Below are positions 28,546-41,489 of a DNA stretch of 64,000 bases, piece by piece; position 1 is the stretch's first letter; every line of letters begins with the position of its first letter. The notes beneath the pieces were generated by a model that saw only the letters and a program-made list of their open reading frames with translations, ran no database searches and was not told the DNA's origin. The stretch is from Ginglymostoma cirratum (lineage: Eukaryota), in assembly GCA_024137785.1 (NCBI GenBank), contig JAHRHZ010000268.1:15952064-16016063 (forward strand), given 5' to 3'. The translations under genes were made by a program, and so were the position numbers.

Positions 28546-28762
28546 AGGTTGTTGACTTGCTCGCCGAGCTGGCTTGTTTTCGTTCAGACGTTTTGTCACC
28601 ATGCTAGGTGACAACATCAATGGAGCCCCCGATGAAGCCTTCCTCGGAGGCTCTACTGACAATGTTACCAGCTTGGTGACGAAACGTCTGAACGAAAACA
28701 AGCCAGCCTGCCGAGCAAGTCAACGACCTCACCCACAATCTGAGCTATGGATCTTTGCCAAA
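28546..28762. mobile_element. Fold-back Penelope-like insert, family B, with 16 bp TSD (1 mismatch)
   Basis: Inverted arms ~28544-28628 / ~28648-28731; TSD acttagtctWagactg at 28530-28545 and 28763-28778; decayed hammerhead cores in both arms. Confidence 0.8.
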
Positions 28763-29929
28763 ACTTAGTCTAAGACTGTTTCCAGGGAGAGACTATTCAG
28801 TAGTTAGAGGATAATGTTGGAGCAAGGACCAAAAGCAGTGCCTTCAACATTTCCAATGTTTAACTCAAGTTAACCAGTTCTAGACATTGGACAAACACTC
28901 TGATAAATTTAGTGTCAGTGCAGGAGTTGGGATAGCGTGTGGTGAAGTTAATTTGACCATTGTTAGCACACAGGAGAAAACTAATGTAGTGCCTTTAGAT
29001 AATGCTGCCAAAAAGCAGCATGTAGAGAGAGCTTCACTGTGCACCTATCCCATGTTGTCCCTGTCCTGGAACTGTTTGTTGGAGACAGTTTCGAGGAAGC
29101 TTTTCTTCCAGTTTAAAAAGAGCTACTCAGGGGACACCAGAGGTACTGGTCAGGTGCAGGAAAAGAAGCCAGTATAAGGGCTAAGAGTAGACGGATATGA
29201 AAGAAAAATAGATAAGAATGGACCCACCAGGGTGGACAACAATGGAGAGACATTGGGGAAATGTGTGGTCCAAGTGGTCAATGATGTCTAAGAAGTTTGA
29301 GAAGGAAAAGGAGGGAAAATATTATCTTTGTCACTGTCATAAATGACATCCTATGACCCGTTAAATTCTTGGGATCAACTGTTCATTTTTCCTGCCAAAG
29401 ACATGTTTTTAATTATGATATGCATTCCTCAAATAATTCCACAGGTTAATACAAATGTATCACTTGAAACTCCCATATTTCATGTACTAGCATTGGTCTG
29501 GCCCTAATTTAATCATTTCTAAGTTGTAACTGGGATAAGATTTCGGTTGAGAAGAAGAACTTGATGTTGAAGACCCTCCAGCAATAAACAAATCAGAACC
29601 CAAAAGAAATTAAACACTTAGTTCAAGGCGGTACAAATGAAACCTCGAGTTGTAGTGTACATTGGGGATAAAAGAAAAACGTTAATAGAAACCCAAGATT
29701 CCACTCATTATAATACAGCTTGGTTTAAAAAACACTACTGAGCAAAGTTAATAATAAAGAACGTCCCTTTTGTTAGATTTTCGTGGTGCGTGTTTTTCAA
29801 AGGAATGGTGTTCACATCATTAATGCTGAGTCTGTCTGCCATGCTGCAATTGCAATAAAAGTGACCTGCAACTTTACAGCTTTATAATTTGAGCCATAGT
29901 GATCTTGGAAGATGAGAGAAACTCTGCAG

Positions 29930-30058
29930 CAAATGCCTGCTTCGCTCTCCTATCTACCTGTTACTCCACCAAATGCNNNNNNNNNNTGCTTCGCTCTCCT
30001 ATCTACCTGTTACTCCACCAAATGCCTGCTTCGTTCTCCTATCTACCTGTTACTCCAC
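29930..30058. repeat. 40 bp minisatellite (at least 3 units) containing a 10-N assembly gap at 29977-29986
   Basis: Unit caaatgcctgcttcgctctcctatctacctgttactccac; third unit has one C>T change. Confidence 0.9.
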
Positions 30059-30284
30059 TTTTAAAGAACTATGAAGCTGCACTCCAAGGTCTCTTTGTTC
30101 GGCAACAATCCCTGGAGATAGGTGAAAAAGTATTTACTGAAATCGACAACACACAATCCTAGCAGCCTGCATGTGTACCACCTCAATTAAAACCAGGAAT
30201 GGATGAGCTGCACTCATGACTGACACAAAGGAAGATGCCTGTAGCTAATGAGCTCAGCTCCAAGACATCAATGCAGTGATTCCT

Positions 30285-31255
30285 GAAGCGGCATTCCAGG
30301 TCCAATCATCTTTACCTGCTTCATCAGTGACCTTTCCTTCACCACAAGCTCAAATGTGGGGATATCTGCTGATTATTATACAGGGTTCATTTCAATTTGC
30401 AATTCCTCAGACAATGAAACAGATTGCACTAACACACAGCAGGACTGGAATGATATTCAGGATGGGTCGATAAGTGGTAAATGACTTTTGTAACCCAAGG
30501 GCCAAGTACTGACCATCACCAACAAAAGAAAATCCAACCATCTAACCTTGATGCTCAGCAGCATTAGTATTGTCAAATCTATCACTGTCAACATCCTGGG
30601 TATCACAACCAACCTGAAATTTAACTGCACCAGTTGCATAAACAGCGTGAATACAACAGCAGGTCAAAAGGTAGGATTCTGCAATGGAGCAACTTACCTC
30701 GGTAACCTGGCAAGTCCATTCCACCATCTACAAAGGTACAAGACAGGAAAGTGAAAACTCAGTTTTTACCTCCTGAACTAACTTTCATTCCTTGGCTCCA
30801 ACAACCCACAAATCTCAACATTATCCACAGCAAAGCAGCATAGTTGACTGGCAGCCTATCCATCACCTAAAAGTGTACACAGCTTCCACCTCTTGGCACA
30901 CTGTAGCTGTCTAATGTATCATTTATAAAACATGCTGCAATAATTCACAAAGGCTTCTTTGGCAGTACACACCTCCCCACCCAAAAACAAAATCTCTACC
31001 CTTCCAAAACAAAGGCAGCAGGTGCATAGGATCACCACCCCTGCAAGTCACACATTCCCCTGCCTTGGGAAGACTCTACTGTTCCTTCACCACTGGGTCA
31101 AATTCCTGGAACTCTTTCCCCTACATCATTTGACATACCCTCACCATAAAGACTCCCATGGTTCAAAAAGACAGTTCACACCCACCTATTTGAGGGCAAA
31201 TGGAGATGGCCAATACATGTTGGCCTTAATTACCAGGCCCCCAAATGTTTTGAAA
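30285..31255 (+). mobile_element. Decayed LINE reverse-transcriptase 3' portion whose tail resembles the SINE tail
   Basis: GPIIFTCFISDL...VGISADY (FADD-like) read at ~30298-30375; ends gggcaaatggagatggccaatacatgttggcc. Confidence 0.65.
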
Positions 31256-34200
31256 TGAACATGTGAGTATTCTGCACATTTGTACACTTTTGTAGAGCAG
31301 TGGATTTGCTTCGCAAAGGCCAAAACAGGACATGAGAATCCAGAAGCAGTTAAATCAAATAACTTAATCTCCGGATAAACCATTCTTATGACTCATCTCA
31401 CACAGTACTTTTTCAATGAAGTTTGAGAAGGGAACCAGATATGCTTTAAACACAATAGCTTCTTTCACTTACAGGAACATGCTGAATCTTTGTCTTACAT
31501 TGAACATTCAGCACCCAGATCAACAGTCAAGTTTCGCAGCAATATTCCTCTTCTCCAAACTCTTAAGAGCATTACTTAGTGCATCAGCACAGATTTTTCC
31601 AAGTATAGCATTAGCCAACTTTACAGTCTAAGACTGTAATTTTGTGGGTATATTTTTAATGCCTCTGCCAATAAACACAACAGAGCTAAGAATTACTTCA
31701 AATCATCAGCTCATTTTAAAATGAGGTAGCTTTCACTTCTTTCTAGGCTATTTTAATACAATAACTTTTAGAATACTTTTGCTAAATGGTTTTAGGTACC
31801 TTTCCGGGTTCATCTAGGATTTTAAAGACTTTCTTCTCTGAATTTAACTGTCTTAATTGCTTGAGTTCTGTGAAGTCTTGCAATGCAACAGTCGTACTGG
31901 TGTCTCTGAGTCAAAAGGTCCAGGTTCAAGACCCACCTGCCATGGAATGTCTCACATATCCAAACTGTCTGATTGAGGGTATCATAGTGCAGTGCTCATG
32001 TCCTTACTCTGGGTCAAAAAGTCTAGGTTCAAGCCTCACCTATCCCACAGCTGTCATAACAGGTTGGTTCACAATTATTTGCTTAAATTCCAGTTACATT
32101 CAATTTTCTGTCTACATCAATGTGTTCTTTGGACCAGTCAAATTTTGTACCTAGTTATGCTCCTAAGTTGAACTCAGAAAATGTCGTAAACTGACCATTT
32201 GCATTTGATTCTGCCTAAAACTCACTACTTACCATTCTGCCACGAACAATGTTATTGCTAAAAATGAAGTACAAAGGAGGAAATTATCACAGTATAACAG
32301 CATGCACCACAAGGTGCAGTATATCTTTCAATCAATCATCATACTACCTGAACCTTGCAACCATGCTCAGCATGCTGGTATGTCAAAATGATTAACTTTA
32401 TACCATTCAACATTGCTGCATTATATCAAAAACAATAAATATCTGGGGAATATTTGAAGGCTGTAATTTATTCTCTAGGTTCAGATGACATCTAAAAACC
32501 AATCAGGCTGTATTTGTGTAATCTATGATGTATTTGAAGCGTTCCATTTGGACGAGTGCCAAGTCACTGCCTCCCTCCTACATTTCAATGTGTACCTTAG
32601 TATAGAAAGTGCAAGTATGCTGTAAACTACACATTCATTTGGTTTGTTGCCATGGATGCATGATTACAATTGGAGACAAGTTAAATTAAGCATGAAATTT
32701 TAATTTTGAGGTGGCCTATAGGACCAATGCAAAGGTCGGATTCTAAGAAATAACTCCCACTACTTATTTCAAATCATCCCCAACTCAAATACTTCTTCCA
32801 TAATCTTTTGGGTTTTTTTTTTAAAAAGCTGGCAATAACACTATTCTTCTGAATCTGGATGAGGAATTTGCCGAATTAAAGCCAGAGATAAAGTCTGATG
32901 TTGTTTAGTCAAATGATGTGGGGCTTAACTACTACACTGGTTATTCATGTTGCTGCATACCATTCCAATTGGGAGTTTCTTTACCATGAAACTATCTAAA
33001 AAGCCAGTCCTTTTTAAGGCTCTCAGAGGTTCTTAACTACGTATTGATTTCTATTAACAACCAGCACTTATAGTGTAAAGCCTAATGGGAGGTTATATTT
33101 AGCCTGCTTCCCAATCCTCACTGGCATAGTATCTGCAATGCTTCACATTTCACCTAACTCATTTACAATCAGTTTATTGATTTCTGTGTGGGGGCTCCAA
33201 CTTTGACAAGGAAATGGTTGTATAAAGATATCTGTGGATTGTCGCTAACCCTTCACACTGATTGGTTCTTCATGCTAACATAAGGTTCACGTACTGATTA
33301 CATCTTCTGAATGCAGTCGCTGTGTGTGTTGCCAAAGATAACTTCAATGGTGTCCTAGAAGTGCGCTATATTCAGAAGATCTAATATTTCCCAAAGTAAA
33401 GTAGATTATCAGCTACAAAATGCAATAGCGTGCCACAGTGGACTAGTGATTTACAACATCTGTCTATTATCATCTGTCAGGTAAACAACACTCAACATTA
33501 TTGTCAAGTATACTGGATAGTAACTTCCACAGTCTATGTGATGTAGTCAAATATAGAAATCATGTTTCTTGGTTTGATCTGCGGTCCTGACCTATTGTTG
33601 ACTTAACAGTCTTACATAGATTTTAATGTCATGTCACTAATCTGACCCATTGGTAACTCAATAAAAACACCAAAAATAAAGGAGTTCGAGCTGGTGAATT
33701 GTATTCATATGGGCATTTGTGTGAAAAGTTTTAGCTACAGACAGAGAATCTCACTCGGACAGAAATTTAATTTTACAAGAGGTCTTATCCATTTAGAGTT
33801 TAATTATTGTTAGAGTTTGTTTTGAGACTTTTTCTCCGTCTCATTTTTTTATATCATATTTTTATCTCGTTCATTTGCTTATATGCACAATTTTAAAGAA
33901 TGAACGGAACATTCTAACTACTACGTGTTTAAAACTCTGCAGCATTGATAGTAGCTTGAAGACAGGATGGACGTGAGACTGTTATTTTATGGCCAGGAGA
34001 GCTGGGTCCTGCTGAATTTAACAAGTCTACACAAGCAATGTTTTTTTAAGCTCCATTTTCCATCACAAGATTGACAGGGTAGTTGGCTGCTAGGCGAGTA
34101 CGGTTTCAGGACTGTGAAAGAAGGGAGGGAGATTGAAAGGGTTGGTGGTGAATGAGATTTGAGGCCTTTAATGGGAGGGCAGGAGAGTAATTGGAAGAGC

Positions 34201-34343
34201 CTTCAGGGAGGTCAGAAGGATCGATAGTAGGAGGAGGTCAGAGGCCTTAAAGACAAAAGAAGAGTCAGGAAGATGTCCAGCTATTAGGGGGTAATTGGCT
34301 GGTACAATGAGAATTGGTGATATGAACAGATAAACTAGATCTA

Positions 34344-35478
34344 GCAGGTTGGAAATTTAAGTGACTGCAACAACATATATAAACATAAAGAATTTGGGAA
34401 TGCACAAGGCCAGAAATAGAAGTGTAGTTAGAGAGTTGTGGGATTGCAGGAAGTCATAGTCATAGGGAGGGATGAAGGATATCCAAAAGATTGCTTAATC
34501 AGGAACCAGTATAAGACATCATGCACAGGAGTGATAGGGAATAGGACTTGCTTTGTATTAAACGTGGGCAGATTTTTGGTTGACCTCATGTTTATGGATG
34601 GTAGAATGTGGGAGACCATCCAAAGTGTTTTGATATAATTAAAGTACCTGAACTCTCCCAAATGTTGACTGGTGTGGTTGATCTATCGAAACACAATCAG
34701 CACTTGGCAACATCTGGCTTCAACGAAGTTTAGGATGGAAGGGATCAGGCAAGGTCCCTCCAACAATCTTCACCTCCTGTTAGAGATAGTAAGAACTGTC
34801 GATGCTGGAGTCAGAGATAACTCAGTATGGAACTGGAGGAACACAGCAGGCCAGGCAGTATCAGAGGAGCAGGAAACGTCAGGAGCTGACGTTTTGGGTC
34901 AGGACCCTTCTTCTTCTTTCATGCTCCTCTGATGCTACCTGGCCTGCTGCGTTATTCGTGTTAGGTGCCTTTAAAATGTTTTCCAAGGCCAGGTTTAAAT
35001 TTAAAATGATTTTTCATTCTGAGGCATGCAGCCACATTATAATATTGGAAAAATTGTGTTAGCGTGGTGGTTGCCTGATCCCTTCCATCCGAAACTTCGT
35101 TGAAGCCAGATGTTGCCAAGTGCGGATTGTGTTTCGATAGATCAACCACACCAGTCAACATTTGGGAGAGTTCAGGTACTTTAATTATATCAAAACACTT
35201 TGGATGGTCTCCCACATTCTACCATCCACAAACATGAGGTCAACCAAAAATCTGCCCACGTTTAATACAAAGCAAGTCCTATTCCCTATCACTCCTGTGC
35301 ATGATGTCTTATACTGGTTCCTGATTAAACAATCTTTTGGATATCCTTCATCCCTCCCTATGACTATGACTTCCTGCAATCCCACAACTCTCTAACTACA
35401 CTTCTATTTCTGGCCTTGTGCATTCCCAAATTCTTTATGTTTATATATGTTGTTGCAGTCACTTAAATTCCAACCTGC
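34344..35478. repeat. Long inverted duplication: arms 34344-34752 and 35071-35478, 318 bp spacer
   Basis: Arms are reverse complements with about 4 substitutions and 1 indel counted by eye; mirrored ORFs appear in the track. Confidence 0.95.
34780..34953. mobile_element. Penelope-like family A insert with a short inverted arm, inside the spacer of the large inverted duplication
   Basis: Homology to the other family A copies; inverted segment ~34917-34953. Confidence 0.75.
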
Positions 35479-36663
35479 ATATCCCAGTGAAGAGTCATTA
35501 ATTGGATTGATTGAAAACATGTGTCTTGTTCACATTTGCAGTAATTTCCTTTACAGGACACTGCATTGAGTCAGATATCCAGTTGTAGCAAGCTGCCACT
35601 TAAAACTCAGAAGAACATATGGGCAACTCTCAGCATAGTGTATGTTGGGTACCTCCAGTAGCCCTGGATTTTGCAATTAGGATCAATGTCACTGTGTCAA
35701 GAAATTGGAGGTGATTGCAAAACTGAAAAGGATTCTAACATTTCTCAAAACTTGTTTTTGTTTCTTTGGTTGAAAACATGATACTGAAGTGTCAACTTCT
35801 GGTCACCAATAAAAGAAACTAACCTGATAGTGTGTGAGAATATTGTAAACAAAAAAAAAATCCATTAATCCCCTCCCATTAAACAATAGCTTCCTTACAA
35901 AAACCCATCTCAAAAATGTGGTGCGAAGATGTTGAGTCAAACAAGTAAGTGGGCTAACATAAAGAAGCAAAGATAAATGCTTTGTTTTATTCAAGATAGA
36001 GAAATCCTCGAATCACGATCAGAGTTTTCTAGTCAAATTAAGTATCATTTTTTAAAATTCTTCTGGTACAGCACTGATATTGAAGCACAGTGTATTAGCT
36101 ACTGCAGCAGAAAGACAATAGAGCTGTAATTACCTGGGAAGGTTCATATTACATTCTCCCTGTTGCAGCAAACAAGAATTCTCCCTGTGCTGTTGCACCG
36201 TTGTTTGTAAGTGGAATAGTGATTGGTATAAAACTGGTTTGCACTTCAGAAAGCAAAATGCAGTCTGTATGAAAGGCAATGGATGAGAAATTGGGCTCTT
36301 TAGCATCCATTTATTATTAAAACTTAAACACTAAAATGGTGGCCACAATGTATTGTGCACAGTTGGTTGTGCCTCATGCCTACCACCATAGTCACAAGAG
36401 TTACTTTACCAGAAGTATGAAGGGCAGATGAACACGACGTCAATTAGAGCTCAAAGACGATTTGATTACAGTGCGGAGTTAGGCCTCAAAAATTCTAATG
36501 ATCTGTCAGAGGGGAGATTTTTAGAATGTAGCAATAATCTGCGGGTGCTTCGTACAGCGTAATTCACAATTACACAGATGGCAGCCTGTTCTTCCACTGC
36601 AGCACTTGGAAGCTGCATGGTTTTTGCTGGCATCTCTGTAAAAGCGGAGGCATAAACCATAAT

Positions 36664-36851
36664 AAAAACCAAAAGAACTGTAGATGTTGTAAGTCAGGAA
36701 CAAAAACAGAAGTTGCTGAAAAAAACTCAGCAGGTCTGGCAGCATCTGTGAAGAAAAAAATCAGAGTTCATGTTTTGTGTCTGATTCTGAGGAAGAGTCA
36801 CTTGACCCGAAACGTTAACTCTGATTTTTAATTCACGATGCTGCCAGACCT
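36664..36851. mobile_element. Fold-back Penelope-like insert, family C, with 14 bp TSD
   Basis: TSD gcataaaccataat at 36650-36663 and 36852-36865; arms gcaggtctggcagcatc / gatgctgccagacctgc; hammerhead-like CTGAGGA-agagtcacttgaccc-GAAA-CG-TT at 36787-36816 (+). Confidence 0.8.
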
Positions 36852-39800
36852 GCATAAACCATAATGTTTGGATCAGCAACTGTGTGAATGGATTTGGCTC
36901 CCTCTCTCTTTCATGCTGGAAAAGAGGAGTTCGAAGCTCTGCCCAATTGACGTCAACTTCACATTGCTCTCTGGCATTTACTGTAGCCTTTTTGGCAAGC
37001 TTCCAAATCAACAAAACATCTTGATGCACATGTCCATCATTAGCATCCCGTGTAGGCTATTGTAAAAGTCCTGATCAGAATGCTACAGAGCATGTGTGAA
37101 ACATCTGCTGGGTTTCACCTGGCACTATTTTTAAACCCCAGCCCTGATGGAGTTGACACCTACCATGATATGTAGGTGCTTGAAGGCTCTTGTAGTAGAG
37201 TGGTAGCGCCCCTACATTTGAGCCAGAAGGCTAACAGTGGATTATCACTGTACAGGTGGATTAGAAAATATTAATGCAGGTTCGAGCCGCCATCTCGTTA
37301 GCTCCTGCTGCCTCCATTTGTTTTCCCATCATAACTACCAACACTTTTGCAGGCAAGTTATTTGACTTATTTTTTACTTTGTGGGAAAGGTGCCCATGGG
37401 TGTGATGTAATGTGTTTTGGTTAATGATGTCTCTGTGGTTGAATAACTGACAGTGAATTCAAGTTGTGGAATGTGGGTGGGACAGTTGTAGCAGTGTTAA
37501 TTGCTGAGAATGAGATGAAGCATATGAACGCTCTGCTTGTGTCCTCATTGACGGGGATTTTTGGCAGTTGAGTAATACGTACATGTTTAATGGTTTGAGT
37601 AGTGCTGAGGCTGGCTGAATCTTCCAAGCTTCACTTCCAACATTCACGGTTATCTGTTGCAATTACATTTTGACTGTGAATCGGAGAAACTTCCTTCCCA
37701 TTGTAAATCCAGGATCTCTCTCCACCATTCCAAATCATCCAGTAACAGCTCCAGTGCAAAGTTTGAAAACTCCAGAGCCAGTATCTCCCTTGTTGTAGCA
37801 CTTAATTCACTTTTCCATTTCAACCACTTTTTAGCCACAACTCTAAGCACCTGTCCCAGCTACACTATGTCTCCTTTAAAAAAGCTTTAGCTATTAATGG
37901 TGCTAATCGGCTACAATACTGGCCCCATGCTGATACATCAGCCAATGAACAGCAGGATTGACGTGCAGCCTGACTGTTATCACTGGGGAAAGTTAATTAT
38001 GCAACGCGATCTCAATTTCATTTTCAAAACGTTATCCAGCGTAGACTCCAATTTACCAAATCTGTCTCCTGCACGTTTGAGCAGCTGCAAATACTAAAAG
38101 ACTGTAAAGTAACGCTGCACTTTTCACAAAATGGATGCTTGAGATAGAAACTACTTCCCACTGACAACTTTATATGGTATACTGAATATCTTTTATTTGC
38201 TTTTTTTTATAATTTGAAGCTTTTCCACACAATTTTCAAGTCAGTCTTTATGAAAAAATATTCAGCAAAACCACTTTACATTCACATTGTATTAACACAT
38301 ATCTGAATATTCCCTCGATGACACCATTGTATCAAACTACATACAAATCTCCCATCCTCTCCCACTGTAAATAGGAAAATGATTTGTCAAATACTTTTTC
38401 TAGACCTTGTTTCTTGATAATGCTAACCGCATATCAGTGTGGCTCATTCAGATTGTTAGGCAGAATTTTCCCATGCCTAAATTCTGGGCAGGGAGTGGAG
38501 GGTATGGGTGGGGAGGTGTAGGAGGTGGGAGGTGGGAGGTGGAGAGTAGGGCAGGTGGATTACATGGTATTCACATAGCTCTCTGACATGGTCTAGCCAC
38601 TGGACCATTTTATCTGAGGCAGAAACGCAAGCACACCTGATGTTCACTGACCAGAGGGGCAGATAATTTAAATGAAAGAGTCCTTTAAGGGTTTTAAGTT
38701 GTTATTCCACTGACCCCAATGCTGCATGGGGGACATTATCAGCTCCAGCCAGGAAAGTCTCCCTGTGACTTCCCAACAGAAACTATCAGATACAGAGGAT
38801 GATTGGCCTATGGAAAGGGTCAACATACAAATCACTAGAGCCTGCTTGACTGGCCTCCACGGACAGAACTAATCTCTCCCCTGCAAGGAGTTGCCCTCTT
38901 GTTCTTGCAGCCCTTGGTAGCAGCCACCTCTCTGTGATGCTGTTGAGGCTATAGGGAACTGATTAAATTGACAACAAGGAAAGCTAACACGCTCTCAACC
39001 TACAAACAGGTCACCTCTGGGGAGAATACCACTGCAGTCCCAGTGGCTGCTTGTGAAGGATATAGAGCCACATGGTAGTCCCAACTTCAGGACTCACGCA
39101 CCCTCCCCACCTGAAATTTCTGGGATAATCCCAAATGTTTTGTTAGAAAGTGAACTGTAACCTTCTACTGAAGGAGAATCAGCTTAACTCTCTGCTTCTG
39201 CCCAAATAAATGAAGAATACTAAACCTTCTGCAGAAGTTTTTATCCAATACCAGCCTCAAATAATCTTGTGTATGTAAACGTAAAGCATTTTTATTGCTT
39301 CCCGGAGAATAATTCAAATTTCAAGTAGTTCACACTTCAATTTCTGCAAATTTGAAATATATTCCACAGAAAGCAATAAATGGGATTCACATTTGAATAC
39401 ACAAGAGCTAAGTTACAACAGGTATACATGCATTTTAATAAAAAACCTTGTACATATTTTAGAATTGCTCCTACCCCAGACTGAATTAAATACCTTAAAT
39501 TCAATTTTAATATAGAAATTGTGCTTTACAATAGTTTTTGATATCAAACTCAGATGAAATTTCCTCATTCACGAAAAAGTAATTTTCTAGACTTACTTAT
39601 TTGAGCTCTGGTAACCATTACTGATTAAACGAGGTGTTGTTTTTAATCTACAGTGTGTCACAGCAGCCTATAAAGTAACACTGCTCTCTCCATTCAAAAA
39701 CAGCAGAAATGTTGACCTCTCCAGGATTCTACATTTAAGGAGGATTGATAAGATCTTGTGAAGCCATGGCTAATTACTGTATTATTCATATCATAAGCCA

Positions 39801-41489
39801 GCTTTGACAAGACATCTGATAACAGAATGGAATTGTGTGTACAATATTGAGTCCTTTACTTGGTGATATGCATCTGCTTGTTACTGTTTATTCCAGCTGT
39901 TTGAAGGGAAAACGGGCAATTTACATTGAGGTGCAATGATGCTTTGCATAATGGAGAATATGGAGGGCTAATTTTAACTCTAGATGAACGAGATTTACAG
40001 TTATTCAAGTGTTTATTTGCACTAGCCTCCCCCGTTCCCAAACCGCTCCCCCAGCTCAACTCCATCTGCGCAATCAGTGGGAAATACATTTGCATCAGTC
40101 AATGTGCTTTGAAATTATTTGCAGTGATTTGGTGCTGTTTCTCGCCGCAAGCTGAAACCATAGCAAAGAACTAGCGGAAGGAAACAAAAGGTCAATGAAC
40201 ACAAAGAGTTCAAAACAAGTATGCAATTATACTGCAAACCATAGCAATGTAACAAATTTTAAAAGCTGCAAAATTACACAATCAGAACTATCAAATCGAT
40301 ACATTGTAGGGAATTTAAAAAAATCATCCTTCAGCTACAACCGACTTGCTTTGGCAGAATGATGATCCAGTGCACTGCTCTTCAAGTAATGTTAAATTAT
40401 GCCGGTGTTGCTGGGACATCACATTTTGGGTTCTATGTAGTTGCTCAAAAATCACATATAATGATACTGGAGCTCACAAAAACCAACTACTCTTATCTTT
40501 GGTGGGTCTTTCATGCTACTATTCTGAGCAAACCTCAGATTTGTTTTCATTTTGGCTATATTGAACCTGTGCTTGGGAACACAGTCATACATCTTATTAA
40601 TGTGTTTTTTTAGAAGTCACCATCAATACCTTTAACCTCTACGACACCACTAAAAAGACTGCAACCACCATTACTTGTGTCCTCCTTTACAGCTGTGAAC
40701 TTCATATACCAAACAAAGTCTAGATTTTAGAAAGGCAACATCCATAGTCATCATCACCAGGTGATTCCCCCCAACCCCATTTGTAAGTGAACGTAACTTT
40801 AGAAATTTGCAAGCAGAGTATTATATTTATGTCAGTACATGTATGCTTTAAAGATGGATTGTGATTTTTCTGGAGAATTTTATGTTCTAAACAGGCTATA
40901 TTTCCACTGTTATAGTAATCATTTTTAGCATTAAAATTACTCTGGAAAAATCACTTTGGATGACTAAAAGTGGGGAGAAACCATTCAGCACATGAATGTT
41001 CATGATAAAGTTATCTTTTAGAATGGGTAGGAAGCCTTAAGCCAGATCCAGGCAAAACTGGTCAAAGATTTCATTCAGTGAATTCAGCAGGCACAGGACT
41101 TATATTTCCATTGTCCAAGTTACTTTGCTGTTTGGGCTAACTGAGTCTGTAACATGAAGTGACATATTCAGCTCATAAAACCAATATGTTTTACCCTTAC
41201 AACTAAACTTCATACCAGGTTCCCTCAGCAAACACATTTCAAAAAAACAAATTTGTACGAACCTCTTTCTTCAACTTCAAAGCTGTCACTGTAAAATTAC
41301 ACGGTCACGACAAATGCACCCATTGTTTATGTTTTGTATTGCACAGACCCTCTTCTCCCATGTGGTAACTTAAAGGGATTAATTTGTACAAGTGGCCTGA
41401 GTGGAAATTTTCAAGTTGTGGCACAGTTTAGAGGGAATATTGTTTACTATCCCAGCGAACTCTGCAGACACATTACTCACTTTCAGCTG

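Noticed and set aside
29930-30058. Direct repeats as a CRISPR array
   Set aside because: Units are contiguous without unique spacers; vertebrate DNA with no cas genes
34428-35395. Pairs of nearly identical ORFs (MGEFRYF…, MGLQEVI…) as duplicated genes
   Set aside because: Mirror images produced by the inverted duplication of decayed L2-like sequence
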